A stretch of 64,000 nt of DNA from a bacterium (GTDB lineage Bacteria; Desulfobacterota; DSWW01), in NCBI GenBank assembly GCA_040756235.1, contig JBFLZG010000087.1, positions 121,411 through 185,410 on the forward strand, in the 5' to 3' direction. Shown piece by piece: positions 30,174-40,138 of this stretch. Position numbers and translations under genes: made by a program. The notes under the pieces were generated by a model, which worked only from the letters and a program-made list of their open reading frames with translations, was not told the origin of the DNA and ran no database searches. The stretch's first letter is position 1. Every line of letters begins with the position of its first letter.

Positions 30174-30677
30174 CTAAGCGAAAGTCAAATGGAAGCTTCT
30201 GAGGAAGGTAGGAAGGGTCCGAAGCCGGAAGACGCACAACGACCGCGAGATCTCCTTCCCCGACCCCAGGTCGTGGATCACCCCGTAACACCTCGTGTGG
30301 CTGCGGTGCAGGTTCCAGGGGCGGATGCCGACCTTTTCTCCGATGTACTCGTAACGCCGCCGTTCGACGGAGAAGGAGAGCCGATACCGGACTTTCGCCT
30401 CCGAGAAGTAGCGCAGCTCCAGCGAGCCTTCGCAGGGCGATGCGTCCACGAGTCCGCCTGCGCGAATCACGCCGGCCGCTTGGGCGGTCAGAAACCCGCT
30501 CCAGGAAAAAGGATTGACGAAATCGGCCGCGCGGTCTGCTCCCCAGTCGATCTCGAAGGAAAAGGGAAACTGGCCGGCCGGGCCTGCCTTGCCCACGAAC
30601 TCGTGCGAGCCGGTCATCGTCTCGTGAATCCGGAATCCCACCTGTCCGAGCTCACGGACCAGCGGAAGTCGCATCAT
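30174..30677 (-). CDS. Hypothetical protein
   Basis: Beta-rich ORF (GFRIHETMTGSH...Y.GEK) co-oriented with the S10-like gene. Confidence 0.65.
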   Translation of the reverse strand: MMRLPLVRELGQVGFRIHETMTGSHEFVGKAGPAGQFPFSFEIDWGADRAADFVNPFSWSGFLTAQAAGVIRAGGLVDASPCEGSLELRYFSEAKVRYRLSFSVERRRYEYIGEKVGIRPWNLHRSHTRCYGVIHDLGSGKEISRSLCVFRLRTLPTFLRSFHLTFA

Positions 30678-30946
30678 GCATGCTCCGATCCTCTGGGCAG
30701 ACAAGCTGATTTTAGGAAGTTACCCCCGCTATTGCAAGCGTGAGGTGGTGCAAACGGGCAGCCGTTCCCGTGCCGCGCTGTCGGGCGTCTCCCGTTTTCC
30801 ATCTTCCTTAGGCCCATTGCCATCCTCCGGCCGCTCCGGGCCGTTCGGGGACCCCTCGATCAATAGGTCCGGTTTCTGCTGCAATCGTTTGCTCGGAGCC
30901 GGGAATCCGTGATAGATTGCCGCGGCCAGGCGGAGAAACTCGAACG

Positions 30947-31903
30947 ATGCAGCGGAGTCGACAAGTGGAAATTCTATACCGAAAAGCTGGTATGCCGGTC
31001 TCGCTCGTGACCCTTGCAGGGCTCCTCCTGTGCGCATCCTGCGCCAGCAGCGTCAAACCTCTCTCCCGGGAGATCTATCGGGACCGGAACATCCAGGTGC
31101 TGCTGATCAAAGAGAAAGATGCCGCCGACGGCAAGGGGTTCGATCACCCCTGGGAAGTGGACCTGGCGACGCTCGATGCGCTCCTCCAGTCCGTGACCTA
31201 TCGCCGCGGAATCCTGATCCATCGCAACAAAGTGCGGGACGCCTTCCCTGCCGAGGTGCGCGCGGATCTGGTGGCTCACCTGCAAACGGCCTTCGCCCAG
31301 GCCGAGCCGGACGAGAAGATCGACTTTTCCTTCCTCCACCATGTCTCCTGGACGGTGTTTCAGAAGGAGTTTCTCACCGACGGCGTTCTCTTCCGCAAAG
31401 GGGGGAAGCTGAACTGCGCCTTCCGCAATCTTACCTTCGATCATGCCGTGGGATCGGAACAAAGCGAACAGCCTTACGCCGGCGACCCGACGCAGCGGCC
31501 CCCGAGGACGGACTGGGAGCTCACGCTCCAGGAGGGGCAGGAGATCGCACGCTCCGGATTCCCGAACTGGATCCAGCTGGACCTCGCTCGCGACTGGACC
31601 GCACGGAAGAAGCCGGAGGAGTCCGTAGCCGCAACGGTGGAAGCCGTCCCTGAGACAGCTCCGGCTCCGGGTGCCGGGCAGGCGGGTGCCGCAGAGTCTC
31701 CGGCCGAGCCGCCGGAACCGCCCCGCGTGGTGCAGCCTCCGTCTGCGGCGGCGGCCCAGGACCAGCCTTTGCCCGCCAGCCGGCAGGAGATCGATGAGCG
31801 CCTGCGTTTCCTCGAGGAGCTGCATCGGGAAGGGGACCTGGCGGACAGGGCCTATGAACAGAAGAGGCAAGAGCTGATCAAGCTCCGGGAGCAGCTGCCC
31901 TAG
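30947..31903 (+). CDS. Lipoprotein with C-terminal SHOCT domain
   Basis: Lipobox CASC; Ala/Pro linker; ERLRFLEELHREG.L....YEQKRQELI; alternative start 30992. Confidence 0.75.
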   Translation: MQRSRQVEILYRKAGMPVSLVTLAGLLLCASCASSVKPLSREIYRDRNIQVLLIKEKDAADGKGFDHPWEVDLATLDALLQSVTYRRGILIHRNKVRDAFPAEVRADLVAHLQTAFAQAEPDEKIDFSFLHHVSWTVFQKEFLTDGVLFRKGGKLNCAFRNLTFDHAVGSEQSEQPYAGDPTQRPPRTDWELTLQEGQEIARSGFPNWIQLDLARDWTARKKPEESVAATVEAVPETAPAPGAGQAGAAESPAEPPEPPRVVQPPSAAAAQDQPLPASRQEIDERLRFLEELHREGDLADRAYEQKRQELIKLREQLP

Positions 31904-32090
31904 CGGCTGCTGGAAAACGCCGTCTGCTGCGTTGCGCTGACCAGGCAACCTGCAGGGGCGAAAGATTTTTCGCCCCTACCAAGCACCGCGGTAGGGGATA
32001 AAGCCGCAGGCGTGTCCGCCAACCACGGCTGCGGATCGCGAGCGTTGCCCGGTAACCGGAGGTTGCCACGGCCCTGCGGGCCTCGCAACA
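31904..32090. repeat. Cluster of REP-like and family A fragments
   Basis: GGCTGCTGGAAAACGCCGTCTGCTGCGTTG; REP at 31952-31979; GTTGCCACGGCCCTGCGGGCCTCGCAAC. Confidence 0.6.
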
Positions 32091-32263
32091 TCCGATTTTT
32101 CCGCTCCCGATCGCCACGTCGCTCCTTGAGCAAGACAAGCTCACAGAACACGTTGCCCGATCTGTGAACATCCGTGCTGGCGCCTGCCGGATCTCTTTGG
32201 ACAAGCTCGAGCTGAGAGTCGACTGCGCGAGTTCACGATCACCTGCAGAGGGAGGACGACGAC

Positions 32264-34090
32264 ATGAGCTCCACCGTTTACCGCGCCAACATCCGCGACA
32301 TGAAGTTCATCCTCCATGAAATGCTCCATATCGAGGAGACGATCCTCAAGCGGGGACCGTTCAGCGATTTCAGCGCCGAGGACGTCGACATGGTCCTGAC
32401 CCAGGCGGCCAAGTTCGCCGAGACCGTGCTGGGGCCTGCCAACAAGGAGGGCGATCGGGAGGGATGCCGATTCCACAAGGGCAAGGTCACGGTGCCCAAG
32501 GCGCTTCACGAAGCCTTCAGGCAGTATCGGGAGAACGGCTGGAACGCGGTGACCGCCCCGGCGGAGTACGGCGGCCAGGGTTTGCCGATGGTCGTCGGGG
32601 TATCCACGGGAGAGTTGTTCACCGGCGCCTGCACTTCCCTGATGATCTACTCGGGGCTGACCAACGGCGCGGCCCGGCTGATCCACTCCTTCGGCACCGA
32701 GGAGCAGAAGGCGACGTACATGGCCCGAATGTTCTCGGCCGAGTGGGCAGGCACGATGCAGCTCACCGAGCCCAACGCGGGCAGCGCCGTGGGCGACACC
32801 AAGACCTCGGCCCGCAAAGACGGCGACCACTACCTGATCACGGGCACCAAGATCTTCATCTCCGGGGCGGAGCAGGACCTGACGGAGAACATCGTGCACG
32901 CCGTGCTGGCGCGGGTCGAAGGAGCGCCGTCCGGGGTCAAGGGGCTCAGCCTCTTCATCGTTCCCAAGCACCGCGTCAACGGTGACGGTTCTCTGGGGGC
33001 CTTCAATGACGTTGCGTGCGGCGGGATCGAAGAGAAGATCGGGCTCCACGGCTCGGCCACGTGCCTGGTGAACCTGGGCGAGAACAACGACTGCCACGGG
33101 TACCTCCTCGGACAGGAGAACCAGGGCATCCAGCTCATGTTCCAGATGATGAACGAGGCACGGATCGGCACGGGGCTCCAGGGGGTGGCGCTGGCCAGCG
33201 GCGCCTATCTGAACTGTCTGAGCTATGCCCGGGAACGCATTCAGGGGGTCGCCATCGAGAACATGAGAGACCCGGAGGCCCCCAGGGTCGAGATCCTCCG
33301 CCACCCGGACGTGCGCCGCATGCTTTTGACCCAGAAGTCGTACATCGAGGGGATGCGGGCGCTCCTGAGCTACTGCGCCTTTCACGTCGACATGGCCGAG
33401 ACCGCGGCGGACAAAGAAGAAGAGGAGCGACATATGAGGATCGTCGAGCTCCTCACGCCGATCTGCAAGGCCTACTGCACGGACCACGGCTTCCGCTGCT
33501 GCGAGCTGGCCATTCAGGTCATGGGCGGCTATGGAGTCACCCGCGACTATCCGGTGGAACAGTACCTGCGTGACCTCAAGCCCGCGTCCATCTACGAGGG
33601 CACGACCGGCATCCAGGCGCTGGACCTGCTGGGGCGGAAGGTGGCCATGAAAGGCGGCGTCCTGTTCATGAGCTTCATCGAGATGCTGAACGCGTTCGTG
33701 GACCGACACAGGGACCACCGCACCCTGCGGGACCTGGTGCTCAAGCTCGCCGCCGCCAAGGACAGGCTGGCCGAGGTGACCATGCACCTCGGCGGGCTCG
33801 GCATGAGCGGCGATCGCATCTATCCTGCGCTGGCCGCCACACCTTATCTCTACCTGTTCGGCGACGTGGTCGTGGCCTACCTGCTTCTCTTCCAGGCCGT
33901 CATTGCCCGGGAGAAGCTCGAGATGCTCGGCCGCGGTGCGCAGGAGGATGCGGAAGCGGCCTTCTATTCCGGCAAGGTCATGAGCGCCCGCTTCTTCGTG
34001 CAGAACATCCTGCCCCAGGTTTTCAGCCGGGCCGACGGGATCGTGAGCGGCGATCGGAGCGCGCTCGACATCGCCGCCGACTCTTTCTGA
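32264..34090 (+). CDS. Acyl-CoA dehydrogenase (about 600-aa subfamily)
   Basis: GGQG.P, GTMQLTEP.AGS, GTKIFIS, MF.MMNEAR, MGGYG, IYEGTTGIQA. Confidence 0.95.
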   Translation: MSSTVYRANIRDMKFILHEMLHIEETILKRGPFSDFSAEDVDMVLTQAAKFAETVLGPANKEGDREGCRFHKGKVTVPKALHEAFRQYRENGWNAVTAPAEYGGQGLPMVVGVSTGELFTGACTSLMIYSGLTNGAARLIHSFGTEEQKATYMARMFSAEWAGTMQLTEPNAGSAVGDTKTSARKDGDHYLITGTKIFISGAEQDLTENIVHAVLARVEGAPSGVKGLSLFIVPKHRVNGDGSLGAFNDVACGGIEEKIGLHGSATCLVNLGENNDCHGYLLGQENQGIQLMFQMMNEARIGTGLQGVALASGAYLNCLSYARERIQGVAIENMRDPEAPRVEILRHPDVRRMLLTQKSYIEGMRALLSYCAFHVDMAETAADKEEEERHMRIVELLTPICKAYCTDHGFRCCELAIQVMGGYGVTRDYPVEQYLRDLKPASIYEGTTGIQALDLLGRKVAMKGGVLFMSFIEMLNAFVDRHRDHRTLRDLVLKLAAAKDRLAEVTMHLGGLGMSGDRIYPALAATPYLYLFGDVVVAYLLLFQAVIAREKLEMLGRGAQEDAEAAFYSGKVMSARFFVQNILPQVFSRADGIVSGDRSALDIAADSF

Positions 34091-34115
34091 GTGCCGGCTC
34101 GGGTGGGGGAACTTC

Positions 34116-36017
34116 TTGGAAGCAAGCCCCGGGAATACTGCCACGCGGCCTCATGCGCAGCAGACGGGGAGGGTCCCGCGGAATGCGTCTCTGGCGCTGC
34201 TCTACGCCGTTCTGGTGGGGATGCTCTACGCGCTGCCCCACTACTGGCTCTGGCGCGACGCCGGAGCGGAATGGTCTTTCCCCCATTTCAATACGCCCGA
34301 TGAACGGGGTGCCTACGCCGGCCGCCTGCGCGCGCTCTACGAAGGCGGGCCCCTGGACGCGGCCCCCCAGACGCTTGCGTGCCCCGGCGCTCCGACCGAC
34401 TTCGCCAAGACCGGAGAGATCCTGACCTACGGGCTTGCCCGGATGTTCGGCCTGGAGATCCGGGGGTGCCTGATACTGGCCGAATTCCTCCTGCCGGTTC
34501 TCTCCATCCTGGGCGCCTATGGGTTGCTGCGGGCCCTGGGCTGCTCGGCCCGGCTCGCACGCCTGGGGCCGCTGACGCTCTACCTGCTGGACCCGCTCCT
34601 GGCTTCGCACGGTCCGGTCGTCATCCTCCTCGAAGGGCTTGCGAGATTCCTGGGCCGCGAAGTCGTGCCGTACTGGAACTGCTCTTTCCTCTTTTCGCGG
34701 CTCATTTCTCCCGAGGCCGCCTTGCCGTTCTTCACTTTCGGCGGCTATGCGACGGTCAGGGCGTGGCAGGACGGAGGCCGGTTCTGGCCGGTCGCGGCAG
34801 GCCTCCTCTCGGGTCTGGCGGCGAGCGCCCACTTCGCCGTGGGTCTCCCCTACCTCCTGGGGCTGGCCTTCTTTGCGGCCGGTACCGTTGTGACCGGGAG
34901 GGTCGCTCCCGGCCGGTTCGTCCCCGTCTTTCTGGTCGCCGCGGCCGTCCTCGCTCCGCGGCTTCTGGACCTCCGTCGTTTCTTCGGTTCTCCGGTGAGC
35001 GAGTTCGTCACCGACCGCCACGCCGTGGCGACACACGCCTGGATGGGGTGGCCCTATCTGGCGCTCATGCTGGCTTTCACGATCCCTTTCCTCCTCCTGT
35101 ACGGGCGCAGAAGAGACCTTGTCTTCTGGTTTCTTCTGTCGATCCTGGCGGGCGGATTCGTGTGCATGAACCTCCAGATCGTGACCGGACTCGACTTCGG
35201 GATCATCCACTACTACGGGTACAGCTTCGTGCCTGTGGCGTGGCTCGCCCTGTTCGTCGGGCTTGCCCGCCGGCTGCACGGCTCTCAGGAGAGCAGCCGG
35301 CCCGGCGCCTGCCGTCTGCGGCACGCCTGGGCCGTCGAGCTCGCCTTGGTGCTCTACGCCTCGGCCAACGGCTTTGCCATACAGCGCGCCCACTACGGTG
35401 CGGAATCCCTGCGCTGGGAGAAGCCGGCCAAGAGGTGGATTCAGTATCAGACGCTCGGGCCGGCCCTCGCCTGGCTCGACGAGCACGCGACCCCTGCAGA
35501 CGTGGTGGTGAGCAGCCCTGAGACGGCCGACCTCTACACCATCTATTCCCCTGCCAAGGTCCTGGCCCAGTTCATGATCCAGACCTGCCCGGTTCCCACC
35601 GAAGCCTACCTCGACCGGTTCCTGCTTCCGCTCAAGACCTATGGCCTCCGTTGGTCCGAGGCCGAGCCGATCGCAGCGGGCATGGTCTACGACGTACACA
35701 TGCTTGCCGAAACCTGGCAGAGCCGGACCTGGGCCAAACCGGACAGGCCGCCTGCCTTGCAGAAGGACGAGATCCTCGCGCTCATGCAGGAGCACTACGA
35801 GGCCCTGCCGGAGGGAGAGGGGCTGGAGAAGCTGTTGCGGAAGATGGACGTCCGCTACATCGTCTTCGGTTCTTTCGAGCGCGAGCTGCCCGGCGCCACC
35901 GACGCGTTCCTCCGGTCCGCAAGCTACCGCCTTTGCTTCGAGTCGAAGGGACACCGGATCTTCGAGCGGGCGCCCGACGAGCGGCTCGTGGATGCGGGCG
36001 CAAAGCCTCCACCATAG
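34116..36017 (+). CDS. Polytopic membrane protein, possible GT-C glycosyltransferase
   Basis: Many TM segments; DE..Y in first loop; C-terminal soluble domain (V.YIV); start uncertain. Confidence 0.55.
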   Translation: MEASPGNTATRPHAQQTGRVPRNASLALLYAVLVGMLYALPHYWLWRDAGAEWSFPHFNTPDERGAYAGRLRALYEGGPLDAAPQTLACPGAPTDFAKTGEILTYGLARMFGLEIRGCLILAEFLLPVLSILGAYGLLRALGCSARLARLGPLTLYLLDPLLASHGPVVILLEGLARFLGREVVPYWNCSFLFSRLISPEAALPFFTFGGYATVRAWQDGGRFWPVAAGLLSGLAASAHFAVGLPYLLGLAFFAAGTVVTGRVAPGRFVPVFLVAAAVLAPRLLDLRRFFGSPVSEFVTDRHAVATHAWMGWPYLALMLAFTIPFLLLYGRRRDLVFWFLLSILAGGFVCMNLQIVTGLDFGIIHYYGYSFVPVAWLALFVGLARRLHGSQESSRPGACRLRHAWAVELALVLYASANGFAIQRAHYGAESLRWEKPAKRWIQYQTLGPALAWLDEHATPADVVVSSPETADLYTIYSPAKVLAQFMIQTCPVPTEAYLDRFLLPLKTYGLRWSEAEPIAAGMVYDVHMLAETWQSRTWAKPDRPPALQKDEILALMQEHYEALPEGEGLEKLLRKMDVRYIVFGSFERELPGATDAFLRSASYRLCFESKGHRIFERAPDERLVDAGAKPPP

Positions 36018-36060
36018 AACCGATGCCTTCCAGAAATATGCTGCGGACGCGCCGGAGCAA

Positions 36061-36324
36061 GTGCGGCGGGTGGCCGCGCGAGAGAGGCGAGGGCGAGTCG
36101 CGGAGGCCGTCCAGAGTCCCGGAGCCCGGGGAACGTAGGGGTGTTTCCCGATATCTGGCGCACGAGCCCGACTTTCGGGCAAGGGGGTATGCCCCGCTAA
36201 ATCCGGCCCGGGACGAGGGACGAAAGGGCGGATTTGCCCGAAGGGCTGCGGTCTCCGACTTCCCAGAGGAGAAGAGCCGGAGCGTTCTGAGCCCGAGACG
36301 ATCGAGGCGGGGCACCCGCCGCAC
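36061..36324 (+). repeat. Structured repeat element (family B)
   Basis: Closed by 12-bp inverted termini GTGCGGCGGGTG/CACCCGCCGCAC; homologous to the reverse complement of 44809-45059. Confidence 0.8.
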
Positions 36325-36373
36325 GGTTCGCCTCGGCGGTAGGCACCTTGGCTTCAGACATGAGCTACAGAGC

Positions 36374-39133
36374 TCACCCGCCGGCCGGCAGGATCTCCCA
36401 GGTGATCCGCTTGCCGGGCTCGCCCTCGGCCTCGAACAGGAGCTCCCCTTCGCCCTGCACGGCTTCAGCCCGCTTTCCGTCGACGAACAAGTCGTATCCG
36501 CCGGCCGAGAGCTGCCGCGGGAGGCGGACCGAGAAACGGAAGGTCCCTCCGGCGACGGGATTGTAGTAGCCGCGGGCGCGGTCCGGAAGATAGGCGACCC
36601 CGATCAGGGGCAGCCGCAGCGAAAACTCCGCAAAGGGCAGAGCCGGGGCGACGCGGATCCGGTCGCCCGCCGGCTCGATGCCGGCCAGGCGGATCACGTC
36701 CAGGAGCGGACCGCTGTGCCGGTTCATGTTCATGACCGGAAAATCGGTCATCGGCGTGAAGCTCCAGTTGAAGGTCTCGCCGGGCCGCTCCGCGTAAAAC
36801 GCGTTGTAGGAGTCCGGGCCGCTCCAGACGCCGTACCAGATGTCCGGGTAAGCCTCGGCGTGCCGGTTGAGGGTCGTGCCCAGGAAGAAGCGCCAGGCCG
36901 CCTCGGGGTCATGAGCTGACCAGGCCCAGGCGAGCCAGCTGTCCAGCGCGGCCCAGGTGCCGCCGTTGGTGTCCGAGCCCTGCACGAGGTAAGGCGCCGG
37001 GTTGGGCGGATAGAGGCAGAGAGCGCCGGCCGGAGAGGGCGTGACGAGCATCTCCTCGATGTTCGCGAGGAGCGTCGACGCCTGCGACTCGTCCCAGATC
37101 CCGGCGAGCAGGGGCCAGGCCTGGGCATCCAGGAAGAGCTGGTCCTCGCCCAGCCACGAGCCGTCCCCGAGGTACCCCCTGCGCATCCACCGGCCCGCCC
37201 ACTCGCCCGCCAGTCGCCTGCGGAAATCTTCGGCGCGCGCGTCCAGGCGGCCGGCCAGCTCCGGAAGACGGTCCCGGAGCAGCTCGGCCAGCCTGGGGAA
37301 GACGTAGCACGCCATCCCCGTGTTCAGGTTGGACTCGCCCCGGATCATGGTCAGCAAAGGGTGCGGCGAGAAGGCGATGAGAACGTCGTTCCAGTCGCCT
37401 GAGCCGGCGCGGATGAGACCGTGCGGACCGGTGCCGATCGAGAGCTCCAGGTGGTCCAGGGCCGCCTGCAAGTGCTCCCGCACAGGGCCGGAGCGCTCGG
37501 CAGACAGCGGGTAGAAGGGCACGGGCTCATCCAGAAAGCCGAAGTCCCGCGTGGCTCCCAGGTACTCGGCCGCGGCCATGAGGAAGAACAGGTCGAGGTC
37601 CGTCGACTCCTCGTGCACGAGGGCTCCGGTCGTGAACCCGTATCCCTGATGGGCATACGGGATTTCGCCGGTCGCGGCGTCCTGGGAGCGCATCGTGTAC
37701 CGGAGGGTCTCCCGGGCCAGGTCCGGCCGCAAGTAGACGAGCGGCATGGCGAACAGGGCAAAGTCGCGGTGAGCGCCGTTCAGCCCCTGGATGTAGGCAT
37801 AGGCGGAGCCCTGGTTCACGATCGAGCCAGAGAAGTAATCCTCCCGAAAAGCACCGCTCGGCAGGTAGTAGCCGTGCCACATTGCTTCTCTTCGCAGCCA
37901 CTCGGGCTCCGGGGTCACGAAGTCGACGCGGGTCTCGAGCCACGCGTCCATGGTCCTCTTGAAGTTGGATTCCGGGTCTCTGCGGAGGTCCTCGATGAGC
38001 GGCGCCGCTTCCTCCGGAGGGCCGCTGCCGAAGGCGTAGGCGAGGAAGACCCTCTCGCCGGGATCGAGGCGGAGCTTCTTCCCCATCGCCAGACACGCCC
38101 GGCCGACCTCGGGCGTGCCCTGCGGCAAGAGCGTGGAATTCGTCGTCCCACTGGCAAGCGCCTCCGGTCGGCCAAGGCCTCCGCTGCCGAAGAATGCCTG
38201 CTGGTCCGTGAAGAAGAAGTCCGGGGTTGCGGTGAGGCCGGCCAGGAAACATGGACCGGGGTAATAGTCCGCAATCGAAATCGCTTCCGGCAAGGGCGCC
38301 TCGCCCCCGGCCGCGAGGGAAGGCGTGACCGCGAGGAACCCGCCAAGCTCATCCAGGGAAGAGCCCACGGTGAAGCTGCCGTTGAAGACCCAGCGGAGCG
38401 CCTCGAAGAGCGCTCCCAGCGGCGCCGTCATGATCGGGGCCGGCAGGAGTTCGTAGAGGTTGTAATCCCAGTATTCGAAAATCAAAAGCTCTCGAGGCGC
38501 GGCGCCCTGGTTCACGATCTCGGTTTCGGAAACGAGCAGCGGGCCATCCCCGAACGGTACGTAGCTCCGCTCGCGGACGGAAAGGTCCTGGCGCACGGTC
38601 TCCTTCTCGAAATAGCCCATCCCGAAGAGGCGTTCGAAGCGGCTGAATGCCTCGGGTGCGTACAGGGTGTTCCAGATCTCCCCGCCCGCCTCGATGAATC
38701 GGAAGCCTCCTGCGAAGTTGCCTCTTTCCGGCTGCCAGCGGTTGAGGCACTTCCCGCCTCGGCCCCAGTGCCAGAGCTGGAGATATCCTTCGTTGTGTGC
38801 CGTGACCGTGACGGCATCGTTTCCCAGTTGATGCCAGTGGTCCCGGGAATCACCCCAGCTCGTGAAGGTCGCTGCCCGCGGGTCCGAACGGTGGTCGATG
38901 GCGTACCGATAGACCGGGGCGCCGGAAGGGTCGGTCTCCCAGGCGCCGAAGGCGCCGCTGCCCGAGGCGTCCGGGCAGAGCGGCAGAAAGGTGTCATCGA
39001 AGAGGTTTTCGAAAGCCTCCGCGGGGCTTGTCGTGCATTCTGCAGAGTAGGACAACGGGCCGGAGCCGCTCGAGTCGCCGCAAGCGGTCACGCAAAGCCC
39101 GACGAGCAGTGCGAGAGAGCGGATGGGTAGCAC
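36374..39133 (-). CDS. GH94-like glycoside phosphorylase/hydrolase lipoprotein
   Basis: GTG start with lipobox VTAC; HRD, SGDWND, GES, TNGGTW motifs of GH94-type enzymes. Confidence 0.75.
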   Translation of the reverse strand: MLPIRSLALLVGLCVTACGDSSGSGPLSYSAECTTSPAEAFENLFDDTFLPLCPDASGSGAFGAWETDPSGAPVYRYAIDHRSDPRAATFTSWGDSRDHWHQLGNDAVTVTAHNEGYLQLWHWGRGGKCLNRWQPERGNFAGGFRFIEAGGEIWNTLYAPEAFSRFERLFGMGYFEKETVRQDLSVRERSYVPFGDGPLLVSETEIVNQGAAPRELLIFEYWDYNLYELLPAPIMTAPLGALFEALRWVFNGSFTVGSSLDELGGFLAVTPSLAAGGEAPLPEAISIADYYPGPCFLAGLTATPDFFFTDQQAFFGSGGLGRPEALASGTTNSTLLPQGTPEVGRACLAMGKKLRLDPGERVFLAYAFGSGPPEEAAPLIEDLRRDPESNFKRTMDAWLETRVDFVTPEPEWLRREAMWHGYYLPSGAFREDYFSGSIVNQGSAYAYIQGLNGAHRDFALFAMPLVYLRPDLARETLRYTMRSQDAATGEIPYAHQGYGFTTGALVHEESTDLDLFFLMAAAEYLGATRDFGFLDEPVPFYPLSAERSGPVREHLQAALDHLELSIGTGPHGLIRAGSGDWNDVLIAFSPHPLLTMIRGESNLNTGMACYVFPRLAELLRDRLPELAGRLDARAEDFRRRLAGEWAGRWMRRGYLGDGSWLGEDQLFLDAQAWPLLAGIWDESQASTLLANIEEMLVTPSPAGALCLYPPNPAPYLVQGSDTNGGTWAALDSWLAWAWSAHDPEAAWRFFLGTTLNRHAEAYPDIWYGVWSGPDSYNAFYAERPGETFNWSFTPMTDFPVMNMNRHSGPLLDVIRLAGIEPAGDRIRVAPALPFAEFSLRLPLIGVAYLPDRARGYYNPVAGGTFRFSVRLPRQLSAGGYDLFVDGKRAEAVQGEGELLFEAEGEPGKRITWEILPAGG

Positions 39134-39141
39134 CAGCCTCT

Positions 39142-40137
39142 CTACTTCTCGGTGATCGTCTCCTCGACCTTCATGCCGAAGTGGCGGCCCGCTTCCCCGA
39201 AGCAGGCGAGCACCTCGGAGCCCTTCTTCAGCGTCGCGATGGAGACGGGCTGGCCGCCGGGCTGGGTCAGGCGGATCGTCTCCGCGTTCTGGAGGATCAG
39301 CCCCACCTGCCTGTTCTTGGATTCCGCGGTCACGAGCACGAGAGGCCTTCTCTCGATCTTGGCCCTGCCGACGTAGGCGACCTGGGCGCGGCCCTTTGCG
39401 TTGACCACCAGGACGTCGTCGCCCGCCTGGAGGTCCGCCAGGTAGAGCGTCCTGCCGCCCGGTGCCTGGACGTAGGCGTGCACGGCCCCGGCGTTCACCC
39501 GGAAGGGACGGGTCGCGCAATACGGGGTCTCCACGTTCTCCGCGTGCACGAGAAACATGCCGGACGAGGCGTTGCCGACGAGCATCCCTTCCCCGGGTTC
39601 CATGCGCGTACAGGTATCGATGCAGACCCGGTCGCCCATGCCGAGGGGGCGGATCTCCTGGATTCTGGCCCGCGCGAGATCGAAGCGCTCCTGTCCCTCC
39701 TGGAGCAGCCGTGCGGTCTTGCGGACTTCCGCGGGGTCGTCGGTCGCCAGGAGGATCCCTTCGGTGCCTTTCTCCATGATTTCCAGGGCCAGCTTCGCTT
39801 CCTGAGCGCCGGAGACGGCGGCGATGATCCTGCCGCGGGCGGCGACCAGATTCTCCAGGGGGATGACCTTCCAGTCGGCCGTTCGCACCACCAGGAAGCG
39901 GTCCGCAGGGAGCCGCAGGGCACGCTCCTCGTCTTTGCGGCTGCGAATGGAGACCTCGAAGAAGTCCTGCCCGGGCTTGAGGTCACCATCCGGCGCGAGG
40001 GTCGCGAGAATCCCCAGCCTCTTCGCCTGCGCGCTCTTGCCCTTGGGCAGCTTGACGGCCTCTGCGCCGGATTCGAGCGCCGCGGTCACGAGGTCCTTGT
40101 TCCAGCGCTTCGCCTCCACCCAGAACCGCTTGGCCAT
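39142..40137 (-). CDS. 3-dehydroquinate synthase II (AroB')
   Basis: WKVIPLENL, GDRVCIDTC, RPFRVNAGAVHAY, LQNAETIRL, GRHFG. Confidence 0.95.
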   Translation of the reverse strand: MAKRFWVEAKRWNKDLVTAALESGAEAVKLPKGKSAQAKRLGILATLAPDGDLKPGQDFFEVSIRSRKDEERALRLPADRFLVVRTADWKVIPLENLVAARGRIIAAVSGAQEAKLALEIMEKGTEGILLATDDPAEVRKTARLLQEGQERFDLARARIQEIRPLGMGDRVCIDTCTRMEPGEGMLVGNASSGMFLVHAENVETPYCATRPFRVNAGAVHAYVQAPGGRTLYLADLQAGDDVLVVNAKGRAQVAYVGRAKIERRPLVLVTAESKNRQVGLILQNAETIRLTQPGGQPVSIATLKKGSEVLACFGEAGRHFGMKVEETITEK

Positions 40138-40138
40138 C

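Noticed and set aside
36061..36324. RNase P RNA or hammerhead ribozyme identity for repeat B
   Set aside because: Lacks GAGGAAAGTCC and CTGANGA core motifs and occurs in several copies.
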